64,000 nucleotides of DNA, taken from positions 1 to 64,000 of the IMG/VR virus record IMGVR_UViG_3300032213_002237, one strand, 5' to 3'. Shown here one piece after another: positions 29,394-38,113 of this stretch. The stretch's first letter is position 1; the number at the start of each line of letters is the position of its first letter. Under the pieces are notes generated by a model, which searched no databases, was not told where the DNA came from, and was given only the letters and a program-made list of their open reading frames with translations. Source of the DNA: a virus. Lineage: Duplodnaviria; Caudoviricetes. The translations under genes and the position numbers were made by a program.

Positions 29394-31457
29394 ATGACAG
29401 ATTCAGTTGAAGAAGGTGGGAAACTACCAAAAAAAACAGAGGTTAATTCAAGTACACCTGTTTTAGACAATTTTAGTCGTGACCTTATTAAACTTGCCGA
29501 AGAAGGTAAGTTAGACCCCGTTGTCGGTAGGGAAGACGAAATATTACGTATTGCTCAAATTCTTTCAAGAAGAAAGAAAAACAACCCAATTATCATCGGT
29601 GAACCTGGTTGTGGTAAGACGGCAATTGTTGAGGGATTGGCGATGAAGATTTTTGAAGGTGATTGTCCAAGAAACTTGGTTGACAAACGTATTCTTTCAT
29701 TAGAAATGAATTCAGTTGTTGCAGGAACAAAGTATCGTGGTCAATTTGAAGAGCGATTAAAGGTTATCTTGGAAGAAATTCAAGCAAACCCAAATGTTAT
29801 TCTATTCATTGATGAAATCCATACCATTGTCGGAGCGGGTAACGCCTCAGGTTCCATGGACGCATCCAACATCTTAAAACCAGCATTATCGAGAGGTGAA
29901 ATACAGTGTATTGGAGCTACTACATTGGATGAGTATAAAAAACAAATTGAAAAAGACGGAGCGTTGGATAGACGTTTCCAAAAAGTAATTGTTAGTTCAT
30001 CAACAAAAGAAGAAACATTACAAATCCTTAAAAATGTTAAAGACAGATATGAAAATTATCACAAGGTAAACTATACCGATAGTATTCTACAAATCTGTGT
30101 TGATTTAGCTGAACGATATATTACGGACAGAGAGTTTCCTGACAAGGCATTTGATATTTTGGATGAAGTCGGAGCAAGAGCTCAGGTAGATGTGAAAAAT
30201 CCTGAAATAATTGACGAATTAAAACGTCAAGCGTTAGAGATTAAACAACAAAAATTACTTGTTGTTAAAAAACAGAATTACGAAGAAGCTGCAAACTTAA
30301 GAGATAAAGAAAAAAAAGTTTTATCACAACTTGATATTGAAAAGAAGAAGTTTGAACAAACTTTATTAGATAATAGAAAAACAATTTCTGAAGAATTGGT
30401 TTACGAGGTGGTGTCAACAATGACAAAAATACCTTTAACAAAACTTAATTTAGATGATAAGATTGCTCTTATTAATTTAGAAGAAGAATTAAATAAATCG
30501 GTTATCGGACAAAAAGAAGCGGTTACAAAGATTGCGAAATCTATTCGTAGAAATAGATTAGGTATCAAAGACCCAAATAAACCAATTGGTTCATTCATAT
30601 TCTTAGGTTCAACAGGTGTTGGTAAGACGTTATTAGCAAAAGAATTGGCAAAACAAATTTTTGGTAGTGATGAAAATCTTATCCGAGTTGATATGTCTGA
30701 ATACCAAGATAAACATACCGTATCTCGTTTAATTGGTTCACCTCCAGGTTATGTAGGGTATGACGAAGGTGGACAACTTACAGAACAGGTAAAGACCAAG
30801 CCATACTCTGTGGTATTATTTGACGAGGTTGAGAAAGCCCACAAAGACATATTCTCAGCATTACTTCAACTATTGGATGAAGGTTATATGACGGATAGTT
30901 TTGGAAGAAAAATCAATTTCAAAAACTGTCTAATCATTATGACATCAAATCTTGGGGTGAAAAAGATGCAAGAATTTGGAGCAGGTGTTGGATTTAGTAA
31001 GAATGGTAATGTTTACGCTAATGAAGAACTTAAGAAAACAATGTTAAACAAAGAATTGAAGAACCACTTCGCACCTGAGTTTATCAATCGTTTGGATGAG
31101 GTAATTGTATTCAACACACTTCAAAATGACGATATTCAAAAGATTGTTTTGGTTGAGATTAACAAATTGAAATTTCGTTTGTCAAAATTGGGATACAACA
31201 TTAACTTCGGTCAGTCAGTAATTGACTTTGTTTCAAAAGTTGGATTTGATGATGTTTACGGAGCACGTCCTTTGAAAAGAGCGATTCAAGAAAAGATTGA
31301 AGACTATATTTCAGATGAAGTATTACGTGAAAAAATTGTAATGGATAAGTCCTACAATATTGAAATCAATGATGAAGAAGTGTCAATATCAGAAGTTGAA
31401 GCCCAACCTGATGAAACACCAAAAGTGAAAAGACCAAGAAAGAAAAAGGGGGAATAA
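29394..31457 (+). CDS. clpC: ClpC-like AAA+ unfoldase lacking N-terminal domain
   Basis: two NBDs (GEPGCGKT, GSTGVGKT), UVR-like middle QNYEEAANLRD, GVGF ClpP-docking loop; ATG 29394. Confidence 0.9.
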   Translation: MTDSVEEGGKLPKKTEVNSSTPVLDNFSRDLIKLAEEGKLDPVVGREDEILRIAQILSRRKKNNPIIIGEPGCGKTAIVEGLAMKIFEGDCPRNLVDKRILSLEMNSVVAGTKYRGQFEERLKVILEEIQANPNVILFIDEIHTIVGAGNASGSMDASNILKPALSRGEIQCIGATTLDEYKKQIEKDGALDRRFQKVIVSSSTKEETLQILKNVKDRYENYHKVNYTDSILQICVDLAERYITDREFPDKAFDILDEVGARAQVDVKNPEIIDELKRQALEIKQQKLLVVKKQNYEEAANLRDKEKKVLSQLDIEKKKFEQTLLDNRKTISEELVYEVVSTMTKIPLTKLNLDDKIALINLEEELNKSVIGQKEAVTKIAKSIRRNRLGIKDPNKPIGSFIFLGSTGVGKTLLAKELAKQIFGSDENLIRVDMSEYQDKHTVSRLIGSPPGYVGYDEGGQLTEQVKTKPYSVVLFDEVEKAHKDIFSALLQLLDEGYMTDSFGRKINFKNCLIIMTSNLGVKKMQEFGAGVGFSKNGNVYANEELKKTMLNKELKNHFAPEFINRLDEVIVFNTLQNDDIQKIVLVEINKLKFRLSKLGYNINFGQSVIDFVSKVGFDDVYGARPLKRAIQEKIEDYISDEVLREKIVMDKSYNIEINDEEVSISEVEAQPDETPKVKRPRKKKGE

Positions 31458-31471
31458 ACCCCCTTTTTTTT
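31441..31471. terminator. bidirectional intrinsic terminator
   Basis: aaaaaggggg-aataaa-ccccctttttt. Confidence 0.85.
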
Positions 31472-31475
31472 ATGA

Positions 31476-32294
31476 TTAAAAATTAAAAACTTGTGAACTG
31501 TGTATAAATTGGTATTTCTGTTTACCGAGTTCTTCAATTAATTTTTTACCTGTATTCATGCCGGCAAAAACTTCATGAACAACAACATATTCGTTTGGTG
31601 TGTGATAGTTGTGATATCCGATTGAAAAGTTGATACAAGAGAAGTCAAACTTTTTACGAAGTTGCCAAACATCAGTGTAAGGGTGTTGCATATATTTTGG
31701 TTCAGACAACATACCTTCAGAAAGAACTTTTTTGGCCTTTGACTCAAATTCAGAATCCGTTTCAAAAACTTTGACTCCATAACAATATTCTGTCACCATG
31801 TAATCGTGAGGTGCGTCAAATTGAATTGCATAACCCACATTACTAAAGAAGTCCCTGTCAGCTTCTTTTGAACCCAAACAACCAACTTCTTCAGATACAA
31901 ACAAAGCAACTTTAATTACTTCAAAAACTTCCAATAACTGAAGACAGGCAAACACCCCACACTTATCATCACCACCAATACCTGTTGGGTCACCAAAGTC
32001 GTTATACGCCTTAAGTGATAAACTTAAATTACCTTTTGAGTCTTTAAGTTGTTCTTCATGGATATTGATTGTGTCAATTTTATGTACCGTATCAGTATGG
32101 GCAACAATACAAGGATAAAATTCACCCTCGTTTATTTCACCCTTTGTCACATAGACATTTCCAAAGTCATCAACTTTAAAATTGTGTTTTTTTTCGGTTA
32201 AATATTCAACCAAAAATTCAATCATTAAATCTTCTTTAAATGATTTTGTAGGTATTGACAATACCTTTTTTAAGAAATCAACATTTTCTATCAT
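31476..32294 (-). CDS. M20/M28-family zinc peptidase
   Basis: AHTDTV, GGDDKCG, SEEVG, IQFD and YHTPNE motifs. Confidence 0.88.
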   Translation of the reverse strand: MIENVDFLKKVLSIPTKSFKEDLMIEFLVEYLTEKKHNFKVDDFGNVYVTKGEINEGEFYPCIVAHTDTVHKIDTINIHEEQLKDSKGNLSLSLKAYNDFGDPTGIGGDDKCGVFACLQLLEVFEVIKVALFVSEEVGCLGSKEADRDFFSNVGYAIQFDAPHDYMVTEYCYGVKVFETDSEFESKAKKVLSEGMLSEPKYMQHPYTDVWQLRKKFDFSCINFSIGYHNYHTPNEYVVVHEVFAGMNTGKKLIEELGKQKYQFIHSSQVFNF

Positions 32295-32321
32295 AGCTCA
32301 TAAAGATAAGCTATTTTTCTA

Positions 32322-33401
32322 TTAAAACAATTCAGGATGATATAAAAAATTTAAAAAAGTATCATAATCAATTTTAACGGTTTGGTTAAATTCATTTTTA
32401 CTATGATTACTATATGTAATAAGTATTTTTCCGTCATCAACATCTCGAATTATGAATTTGTTTGGTGTCTTTTCCCCAAATGTTTTTTGTGAAGGAAATT
32501 CATACCATTTATTAAATTCACCATACTTTAACTTTGATAATTTTTCAAGTACTTCAGAGTTTTTACGATAAGAATCAATATTATCACTATCTTCAATTTT
32601 TTCCATGATTTTATCAAGATTCCAAGTTACACTTCTGTTAAAACTTTCATCATCATAATTTTGACTATCAAAATAAGCATAATAATCTTCATATAAATCT
32701 TCATCAAACTGTATTCCCAATTGGTCAATACTTGTTTTTAACATATCTGAAAGTTTAGCGTCTTTGTCTTCACCAGATTTATCCCAAGTATTTAAAAGAA
32801 TTGATACAGTTGTCATGTAGAGATTAGTACATTTTTTCTCAAAGATATTTAAAGGAAGTAAAGCGTTACATAATTTAGATGTAACATATTGTCTTAATCC
32901 TTTAACGAGTGCTTCATCATATTCACTTGAATAATCGTAAATAATACTATCTATCTCATTTGAAAAATCATTTTTTAACCACTTACAAATTTCAATAATT
33001 TTATCGTTATGTTCTGTTAAATTTTCTACTGAAAGACTAGGTCGTAATATTTTTACTATTTGTTTGACCCTATCTAAATTCTCATTATTGAAATAATGTA
33101 GTAAATAACCCTCATCCCAATCATAATCCATGGAATAATCATCAACAAAAACATTACCTCCATAATATCCACCTTGAAAAGCAACTCTAATTAAATAACC
33201 GTTATTAGTTTCATCATTATTTCTAGTAAAAAGGTCAACATAATCCTCAGTATCAAATGTTAAATAAACCAAAGACTTACCAAGATTTTTTTCATTTATT
33301 CTTGTAATACGTAAAATATCTTCATCGTCTTCGTACCTAACAAAATTTGCGGTAACTAAATCTTCCGTAAAATCTTTTAATGCCTGATAAAGTTGACTCA
33401 T
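32322..33401 (-). CDS. hypothetical protein
   Basis: 359-aa ORF; TATTTAT upstream. Confidence 0.75.
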   Translation of the reverse strand: MSQLYQALKDFTEDLVTANFVRYEDDEDILRITRINEKNLGKSLVYLTFDTEDYVDLFTRNNDETNNGYLIRVAFQGGYYGGNVFVDDYSMDYDWDEGYLLHYFNNENLDRVKQIVKILRPSLSVENLTEHNDKIIEICKWLKNDFSNEIDSIIYDYSSEYDEALVKGLRQYVTSKLCNALLPLNIFEKKCTNLYMTTVSILLNTWDKSGEDKDAKLSDMLKTSIDQLGIQFDEDLYEDYYAYFDSQNYDDESFNRSVTWNLDKIMEKIEDSDNIDSYRKNSEVLEKLSKLKYGEFNKWYEFPSQKTFGEKTPNKFIIRDVDDGKILITYSNHSKNEFNQTVKIDYDTFLNFLYHPELF

Positions 33402-33440
33402 TAAACTTTTTTTTAATAAATACTTGGTAAAAGAAGAATA

Positions 33441-33454
33441 TATTTATATCTTTG
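33441..33454 (+). promoter_or_regulatory. overlapping TATTTAT and TATCTTTG elements upstream of tmRNA
   Basis: sequence tatttatatctttg. Confidence 0.5.
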
Positions 33455-33476
33455 TGATATAGTTCTTTGAGTATAT

Positions 33477-33871
33477 GGGGATGTTTTTGGATTTGACAGG
33501 TATGAATCTGTCATAAAACGCACGTCGGGGCTAAACTAACCCTGTAAAACTGGTTTAAAACACAAACGGCAACACAATTGCAAAACTTTCTACACTCGGT
33601 TTAATCCGTACTGAAGAAGTAACTGTAGCCTAATCTAAGATTAGTATACAACGGGGTCGGTGAGCATATAACCTTGCAACAGAAGCTTGTACTGTGGTGT
33701 GGTTTCTATCCGAAAAGGAACAAAGTGGAGGATTAGTTCTCAGTAAACCGAACCACTATAAAATAAGGGAATTGTGAAGTTTCGGATTGTTTAGAAAAAC
33801 AATGACCTAAACGTGTAGTGTTTTATGGTCGACATATTTGGACCGGGGTTCGAGCCCCCGCATCTCCACCA
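33477..33871 (+). ncRNA. ssrA: tmRNA; predicted tag (A)GNTIAKLSTLGLIRTEEVTVA at 33568-33633
   Basis: 5' GGGGATG...GGATTTGAC; 3' T-arm GGGGTTCGAGCCCC and CATCTCCACCA; G3:U Ala identity pair; internal ORF. Confidence 0.93.
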
Positions 33872-33874
33872 ATT

Positions 33875-33902
33875 AAAAAGGGACTGAAAAGTCCCTTTTT
33901 TT
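33875..33902. terminator. bidirectional intrinsic terminator
   Basis: aaaaagggact-gaaa-agtcccttttt. Confidence 0.88.
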
Positions 33903-35508
33903 ATTTAATCATTTTTGATTTAATATTTTCAATATCTTCTAAAATATTTTTTTTCTTTTCTTCCGATTCAAATTGAGGTAACAAATCACCAATTTTATCC
34001 AATATGTCATCAACACTATATCCAAAAATTTCAAATCCGTCATTAGTATCTTTAACGTCTTTTTTATTTTCAACTTTTGAAACTAATTCTTTTTGACTTT
34101 CTTTATCGCCGGCTTTAGCTCCAGTAAGACTTCCTAACCCAACAGAATCTAAAAATGAATCTAATTTACTTGGTTTCTTTTCATTTTTTACAACTTCAAA
34201 AGTTGACGGTTCCCCACTTGGGTCAGAAAAATCAGGTGTTAATAAATCATCAATGTGTTTACCATATGGTAAACCTACGTGAACATGAGTTGATTTACTT
34301 TCACCCCATTCTGAAACTTTACCTATAGGTGTTCCGATATCAACAATATCACCCTTTTTAACTGTAACATCTTTTAAGTGAGTGTAAAAAATATTAGGAT
34401 ACCCATCAGTTCCCTCAATTGAAACTTGTGTTCCATATATTTTACCTGAACTTTTTCCCGTATTGTAAACCTTTGTAACAGTTCCTTTAGTTATTGAATT
34501 CCACTGAGTTCCAGCTGGTGCAAACAAATCCCACGCATTGTCAGATTGCCAATTACCTAACGGTCTAGAACCGTGGTATTTTGGACCATTTTCAATATCT
34601 CCTGAAAAATTATCTAAAACTTTTGAATTTTTTTCAAAAATGTATTTCATTTTTTTTAATTCATTAATAACTTCTTCATTTAATTTTTTCTTATCTTTAT
34701 TTCCATAAGATTCAAATTGTGGTAATATATCACCAATTTTATCTATTATATCATCAACTTTATATCCAAAAATTTCAAATCCATCATCAGTATCTTTAAC
34801 ATCTGTTTTATCTTGAACTTTTGAAACTAATTCTTTTTGACTTTCTTTATCACCGGCCTTAGCACCTGTAAGACTTCCTAATCCAATAGAATCTAAGAAT
34901 TTTTCTAATTTAGAAGGTTCTTGTGTTGTTTGTGACGACTCAATTTTTTCAAAATCAATATCTTCTAAATTATCTAAGTTTTTTAAAGACGAACAAAATT
35001 GAGATGTTCCCCCACCTTCATCTGTTTTATTATCAGAATAAGATAAATGGTAATGAACTCCTGTTGAAAATCTACTTGGTCTTCTATATTCATCAATGAA
35101 TGTAAAACCAGGATATTTTTTTCTTAACGCACATAATAAAGTAGATATTTTATCAAGTTCATCATTATCACCTTTTTCAATCCCTTTGAATACAACATCA
35201 ATTGCGTTACCTTTGTTGTGTCGGCTATTTGGGTATTGTTTATGGAATAAATCTCTACCTGAACCAAACTTTATTTTTAAATCAGGTAATTTTTGTTTAA
35301 ACGCGCTCGCAACATCTTTTAAAGTATCACCAAATTCAGGAGTTAAATCACCAACTTCCGCCATTGTTCTTTTAGTTTCATATCCTAAACTCTCCAAGTG
35401 ATTTTTAACACTTGTTGCAACTGGACGAGCACTTGATTCTTCTTCAAATATATTTTCTAACTTACGTAGTTCTTTTAACGATTGTTCGTGTAATTGTTTT
35501 TTATTCAT
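33901..35508 (-). CDS. two-domain peptidoglycan peptidase (M15-like + M23-like)
   Basis: SRHNKGNAID...HYH (M15); WDLFA..YTHL..V.KGD.V..G..IG...HVH (M23); duplicated ~65-aa segment. Confidence 0.75.
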   Translation of the reverse strand: MNKKQLHEQSLKELRKLENIFEEESSARPVATSVKNHLESLGYETKRTMAEVGDLTPEFGDTLKDVASAFKQKLPDLKIKFGSGRDLFHKQYPNSRHNKGNAIDVVFKGIEKGDNDELDKISTLLCALRKKYPGFTFIDEYRRPSRFSTGVHYHLSYSDNKTDEGGGTSQFCSSLKNLDNLEDIDFEKIESSQTTQEPSKLEKFLDSIGLGSLTGAKAGDKESQKELVSKVQDKTDVKDTDDGFEIFGYKVDDIIDKIGDILPQFESYGNKDKKKLNEEVINELKKMKYIFEKNSKVLDNFSGDIENGPKYHGSRPLGNWQSDNAWDLFAPAGTQWNSITKGTVTKVYNTGKSSGKIYGTQVSIEGTDGYPNIFYTHLKDVTVKKGDIVDIGTPIGKVSEWGESKSTHVHVGLPYGKHIDDLLTPDFSDPSGEPSTFEVVKNEKKPSKLDSFLDSVGLGSLTGAKAGDKESQKELVSKVENKKDVKDTNDGFEIFGYSVDDILDKIGDLLPQFESEEKKKNILEDIENIKSKMIK

Positions 35509-35535
35509 TATAAAAATGGTATATTTATAAATATT

Positions 35536-36303
35536 ATGGAAAACAATAAATTAATTAGAATAGCTCAAAAGTTATCTTTATCTATTAAAGATACAAATGT
35601 TACACAAATATCAAGAAAATTAAATGACCGTAAAGGACCGTATCAACAAATGATGTCCGTGTTAGAAGGATGGGATTTTGTTAAATTGGTATTTTTAATC
35701 AATGCCATTAATAATGGTGAAAAAGAATTTGAATCAATATTATGGAAAGTTGATAATGAAAGATTTACCTATGCAATTGCCACTGTATTTGATGATGAAG
35801 TTCAGGAAAGCTGTGATTACTGTGGTGGTGATGGTGAGATTAGTTGTAGTGAATGTGATAGTTCAGGTGAAATAGATTGTGATGAATGTGGGGGTGAAGG
35901 TGAAGACGACGAAGGTGAAACATGTTCAAATTGTGATGGTCGTGGTAGACTTGATTGTGATTCCTGTGGGGGTAGTGGTCATGAAGATTGTTATGACTGT
36001 GGTGGTACAGGTGAACAACAAAAAAGCGACGCTTACGAATTAAAATTAGACTTTTATTTTAGTATTAATGAAGAATTAAAATCAGAACTTAGTAAACTTA
36101 ACAGATATGACAAAATTGACTCTGACACAATCACAGATTATGAAGATACAAATGAAACTATATTAGTATACGCACTACCGATGGCTATAGAAGTTGAGAC
36201 AAATGAAGAATTAGAATATAATACCGAATATTTTTATGAAATAGATACAGCAGGATGGGTTGGTAATAGAGCTAGTAACCCAAACTTTGATTTAGATTAT
36301 TAA
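35536..36303 (+). CDS. DnaJ-type CxxCxGxG zinc-finger repeat protein
   Basis: six CxxCxxxG repeats; no J domain. Confidence 0.75.
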   Translation: MENNKLIRIAQKLSLSIKDTNVTQISRKLNDRKGPYQQMMSVLEGWDFVKLVFLINAINNGEKEFESILWKVDNERFTYAIATVFDDEVQESCDYCGGDGEISCSECDSSGEIDCDECGGEGEDDEGETCSNCDGRGRLDCDSCGGSGHEDCYDCGGTGEQQKSDAYELKLDFYFSINEELKSELSKLNRYDKIDSDTITDYEDTNETILVYALPMAIEVETNEELEYNTEYFYEIDTAGWVGNRASNPNFDLDY

Positions 36304-36917
36304 ATTAAAAAGTTTCTAACTGACTGAGTGTCGTTTTTAAATTCATCTCTGAAATTCTTTGTAAACTCCTCATTTTCACAATATATTTCAACATGTTCAC
36401 TGAACACCCAATCCATACAAAGAAGAGCAATTAAATGGTTTTCTCTGTCCATAATTGGTAATGAAACCATTGATTGTGTCCCAAACTTTTTAATTAAGGC
36501 TCTTGTCGCAATATCTGTAATAAGGTCACAATCGTGAATAAACAATCCATTTTCCATTGTTTGTTTAATTAACCAATTATAATGACTTACAAACACATTT
36601 TGTATTTTTTCAGTTATTCTTTCAAGTCCGTCAGAACATCTTTCATATGTCACAGACGCTTTCTGCATCGCTGATGATGTGTAGAAATTACCACCATTGT
36701 GAAATTGGATAACATATATTCTATCAGCATTATATTTTCTTCTTATTTCTCTTAAAGTAGAGTGAACAATTTCATCAGTTTCTATCTGTTGAGAAAGTTT
36801 GTTTCTTGAGTTTTGTTTTGCCCTTTTTTCTTTCATCATATTAAAAACCCCTGCGGTAATTAATGCGATAATGATAGATGTTACTGATGTAATAATTGTG
36901 GGTAGTAATTCCTTCAC
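36300..36917 (-). CDS. single-TM GAF-domain protein (T4 holin T-like architecture)
   Basis: N-terminal hydrophobic helix; ADRIYVIQFHNG and SMVSLPIMD GAF-like motifs. Confidence 0.55.
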   Translation of the reverse strand: MKELLPTIITSVTSIIIALITAGVFNMMKEKRAKQNSRNKLSQQIETDEIVHSTLREIRRKYNADRIYVIQFHNGGNFYTSSAMQKASVTYERCSDGLERITEKIQNVFVSHYNWLIKQTMENGLFIHDCDLITDIATRALIKKFGTQSMVSLPIMDRENHLIALLCMDWVFSEHVEIYCENEEFTKNFRDEFKNDTQSVRNFLI

Positions 36918-36970
36918 CTGTTCTTTGTTTAAAAATTTTATATCACTGATTAATAAATATTAATAAAAAT

Positions 36971-37000
36971 AAAAAAGGGTTAAAAATAACCCTTTTTTTT
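36971..37000. terminator. intrinsic terminator downstream of tRNA
   Basis: aaaaaagggtta-aaaa-taacccttttt. Confidence 0.8.
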
Positions 37001-37004
37001 AATA

Positions 37005-37081
37005 TGGTACCCCCGAAGGGATTCGAACCCCTGACCCACAGATTAGAAATCTGTTGCTCTATCCTACTGAGCTACGAAGGC
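37005..37081 (-). tRNA. tRNA-Arg(UCU)
   Basis: cloverleaf GCCTTCG...ACAGA-TTTCTAA-TCTGT...GGTTCGAATCC...CCA encoded. Confidence 0.95.
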
Positions 37082-37118
37082 ATTTATATTTCACAAATAT
37101 ACACAAAAAACTTAACTA

Positions 37119-37295
37119 TCAAAGTTCTTTAACAATATATCTATGACCTGAATCAGAATTCTTTTCAAATAATTCTTTTGTCTTCTCAGCCTCATCATAG
37201 GTATCAAACTCCAAGATTTCATCATGGATGTTTAGAAGGATAACTGGCATCCCAACCCCTTTTTTGTTTTTTATAAATTTAACGATTACAAACAT
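37119..37295 (-). CDS. 58-aa hypothetical protein (not in ORF track)
   Basis: MFVIVKFIKNKK...EFDTYDEAEK...YIVKEL; starts 2 nt after upstream stop. Confidence 0.7.
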   Translation of the reverse strand: MFVIVKFIKNKKGVGMPVILLNIHDEILEFDTYDEAEKTKELFEKNSDSGHRYIVKEL

Positions 37296-37297
37296 AA

Positions 37298-37549
37298 TTA
37301 ATATCCAAAATGTGTTCCACTATAATTATCCCATTCGTCATCAAACGAAAATTTCACTTTATCATATTTTTTAATGATTGGTGTTGATTGTTCTTCTATA
37401 AAATTTGGATTTGAAACAAATTCTTTCCATGTATAAAAATCATGTAAACTTTCTAATACCTCCAAAGGAACTAATATAAGTTTATCATGAGTCAATCCCT
37501 TAACATCATTTCTGTATTTTTCTGATATTTGTATTTTGTTTTCCGACAT
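37298..37549 (-). CDS. hypothetical protein
   Basis: ORF. Confidence 0.65.
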   Translation of the reverse strand: MSENKIQISEKYRNDVKGLTHDKLILVPLEVLESLHDFYTWKEFVSNPNFIEEQSTPIIKKYDKVKFSFDDEWDNYSGTHFGY

Positions 37550-37624
37550 AACAATTTAAGTATAATAATACTTATTGGTAAATTCAATTTGTCCTAATAA
37601 ATTTTTATTAATATATTTGTGATT

Positions 37625-38113
37625 ATGAATGGAATATTGGTTCTTAATTCAGATTATAGTCCCTTAAATGTAACATCGTTTAATCGTGGGTTTAATTTAG
37701 TCTATAAAGGAAAGGCAGAGGTTGTTAAATCATCTGACGAGCCAGTCGTATGTGGTATTGTAAAACTCGTTAGACCCGTTATTATTAGACTTTTAAACTA
37801 CGTTTCAATCACTCGTAGACGTATTCGTGTTAATCGTCATAGAATCATGAGACGTGACCATAATGCTTGTGTTTATTGTGGTTGTAAAAAAGACCTTACA
37901 ATAGACCATATCATCCCTAAATCAAAAGGTGGGGGTAATACATGGGATAACCTAGTTACGTGTTGTATAACGTGTAATTCGAAGAAAGGAGACAAGTTAT
38001 TGAGTGAGATTAATATGAAATTAATGAAAAAACCCACAGAACCTACTATATTTTCGGATTCTGTGGGTCAATCTTTACAAAAAGTTTGGACTGAATATCA
38101 AAAGTCTTTTTAA
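37625..38113 (+). CDS. HNH endonuclease
   Basis: RD...CVYCG...TIDHIIPKSKGG...WDNLVTCC..CN. Confidence 0.92.
   Translation: MNGILVLNSDYSPLNVTSFNRGFNLVYKGKAEVVKSSDEPVVCGIVKLVRPVIIRLLNYVSITRRRIRVNRHRIMRRDHNACVYCGCKKDLTIDHIIPKSKGGGNTWDNLVTCCITCNSKKGDKLLSEINMKLMKKPTEPTIFSDSVGQSLQKVWTEYQKSF

Noticed and set aside
37625-38113. HNH as intron or mobile homing element
   Set aside because: Free-standing with its own promoter motif; no interrupted gene or intron structure around it
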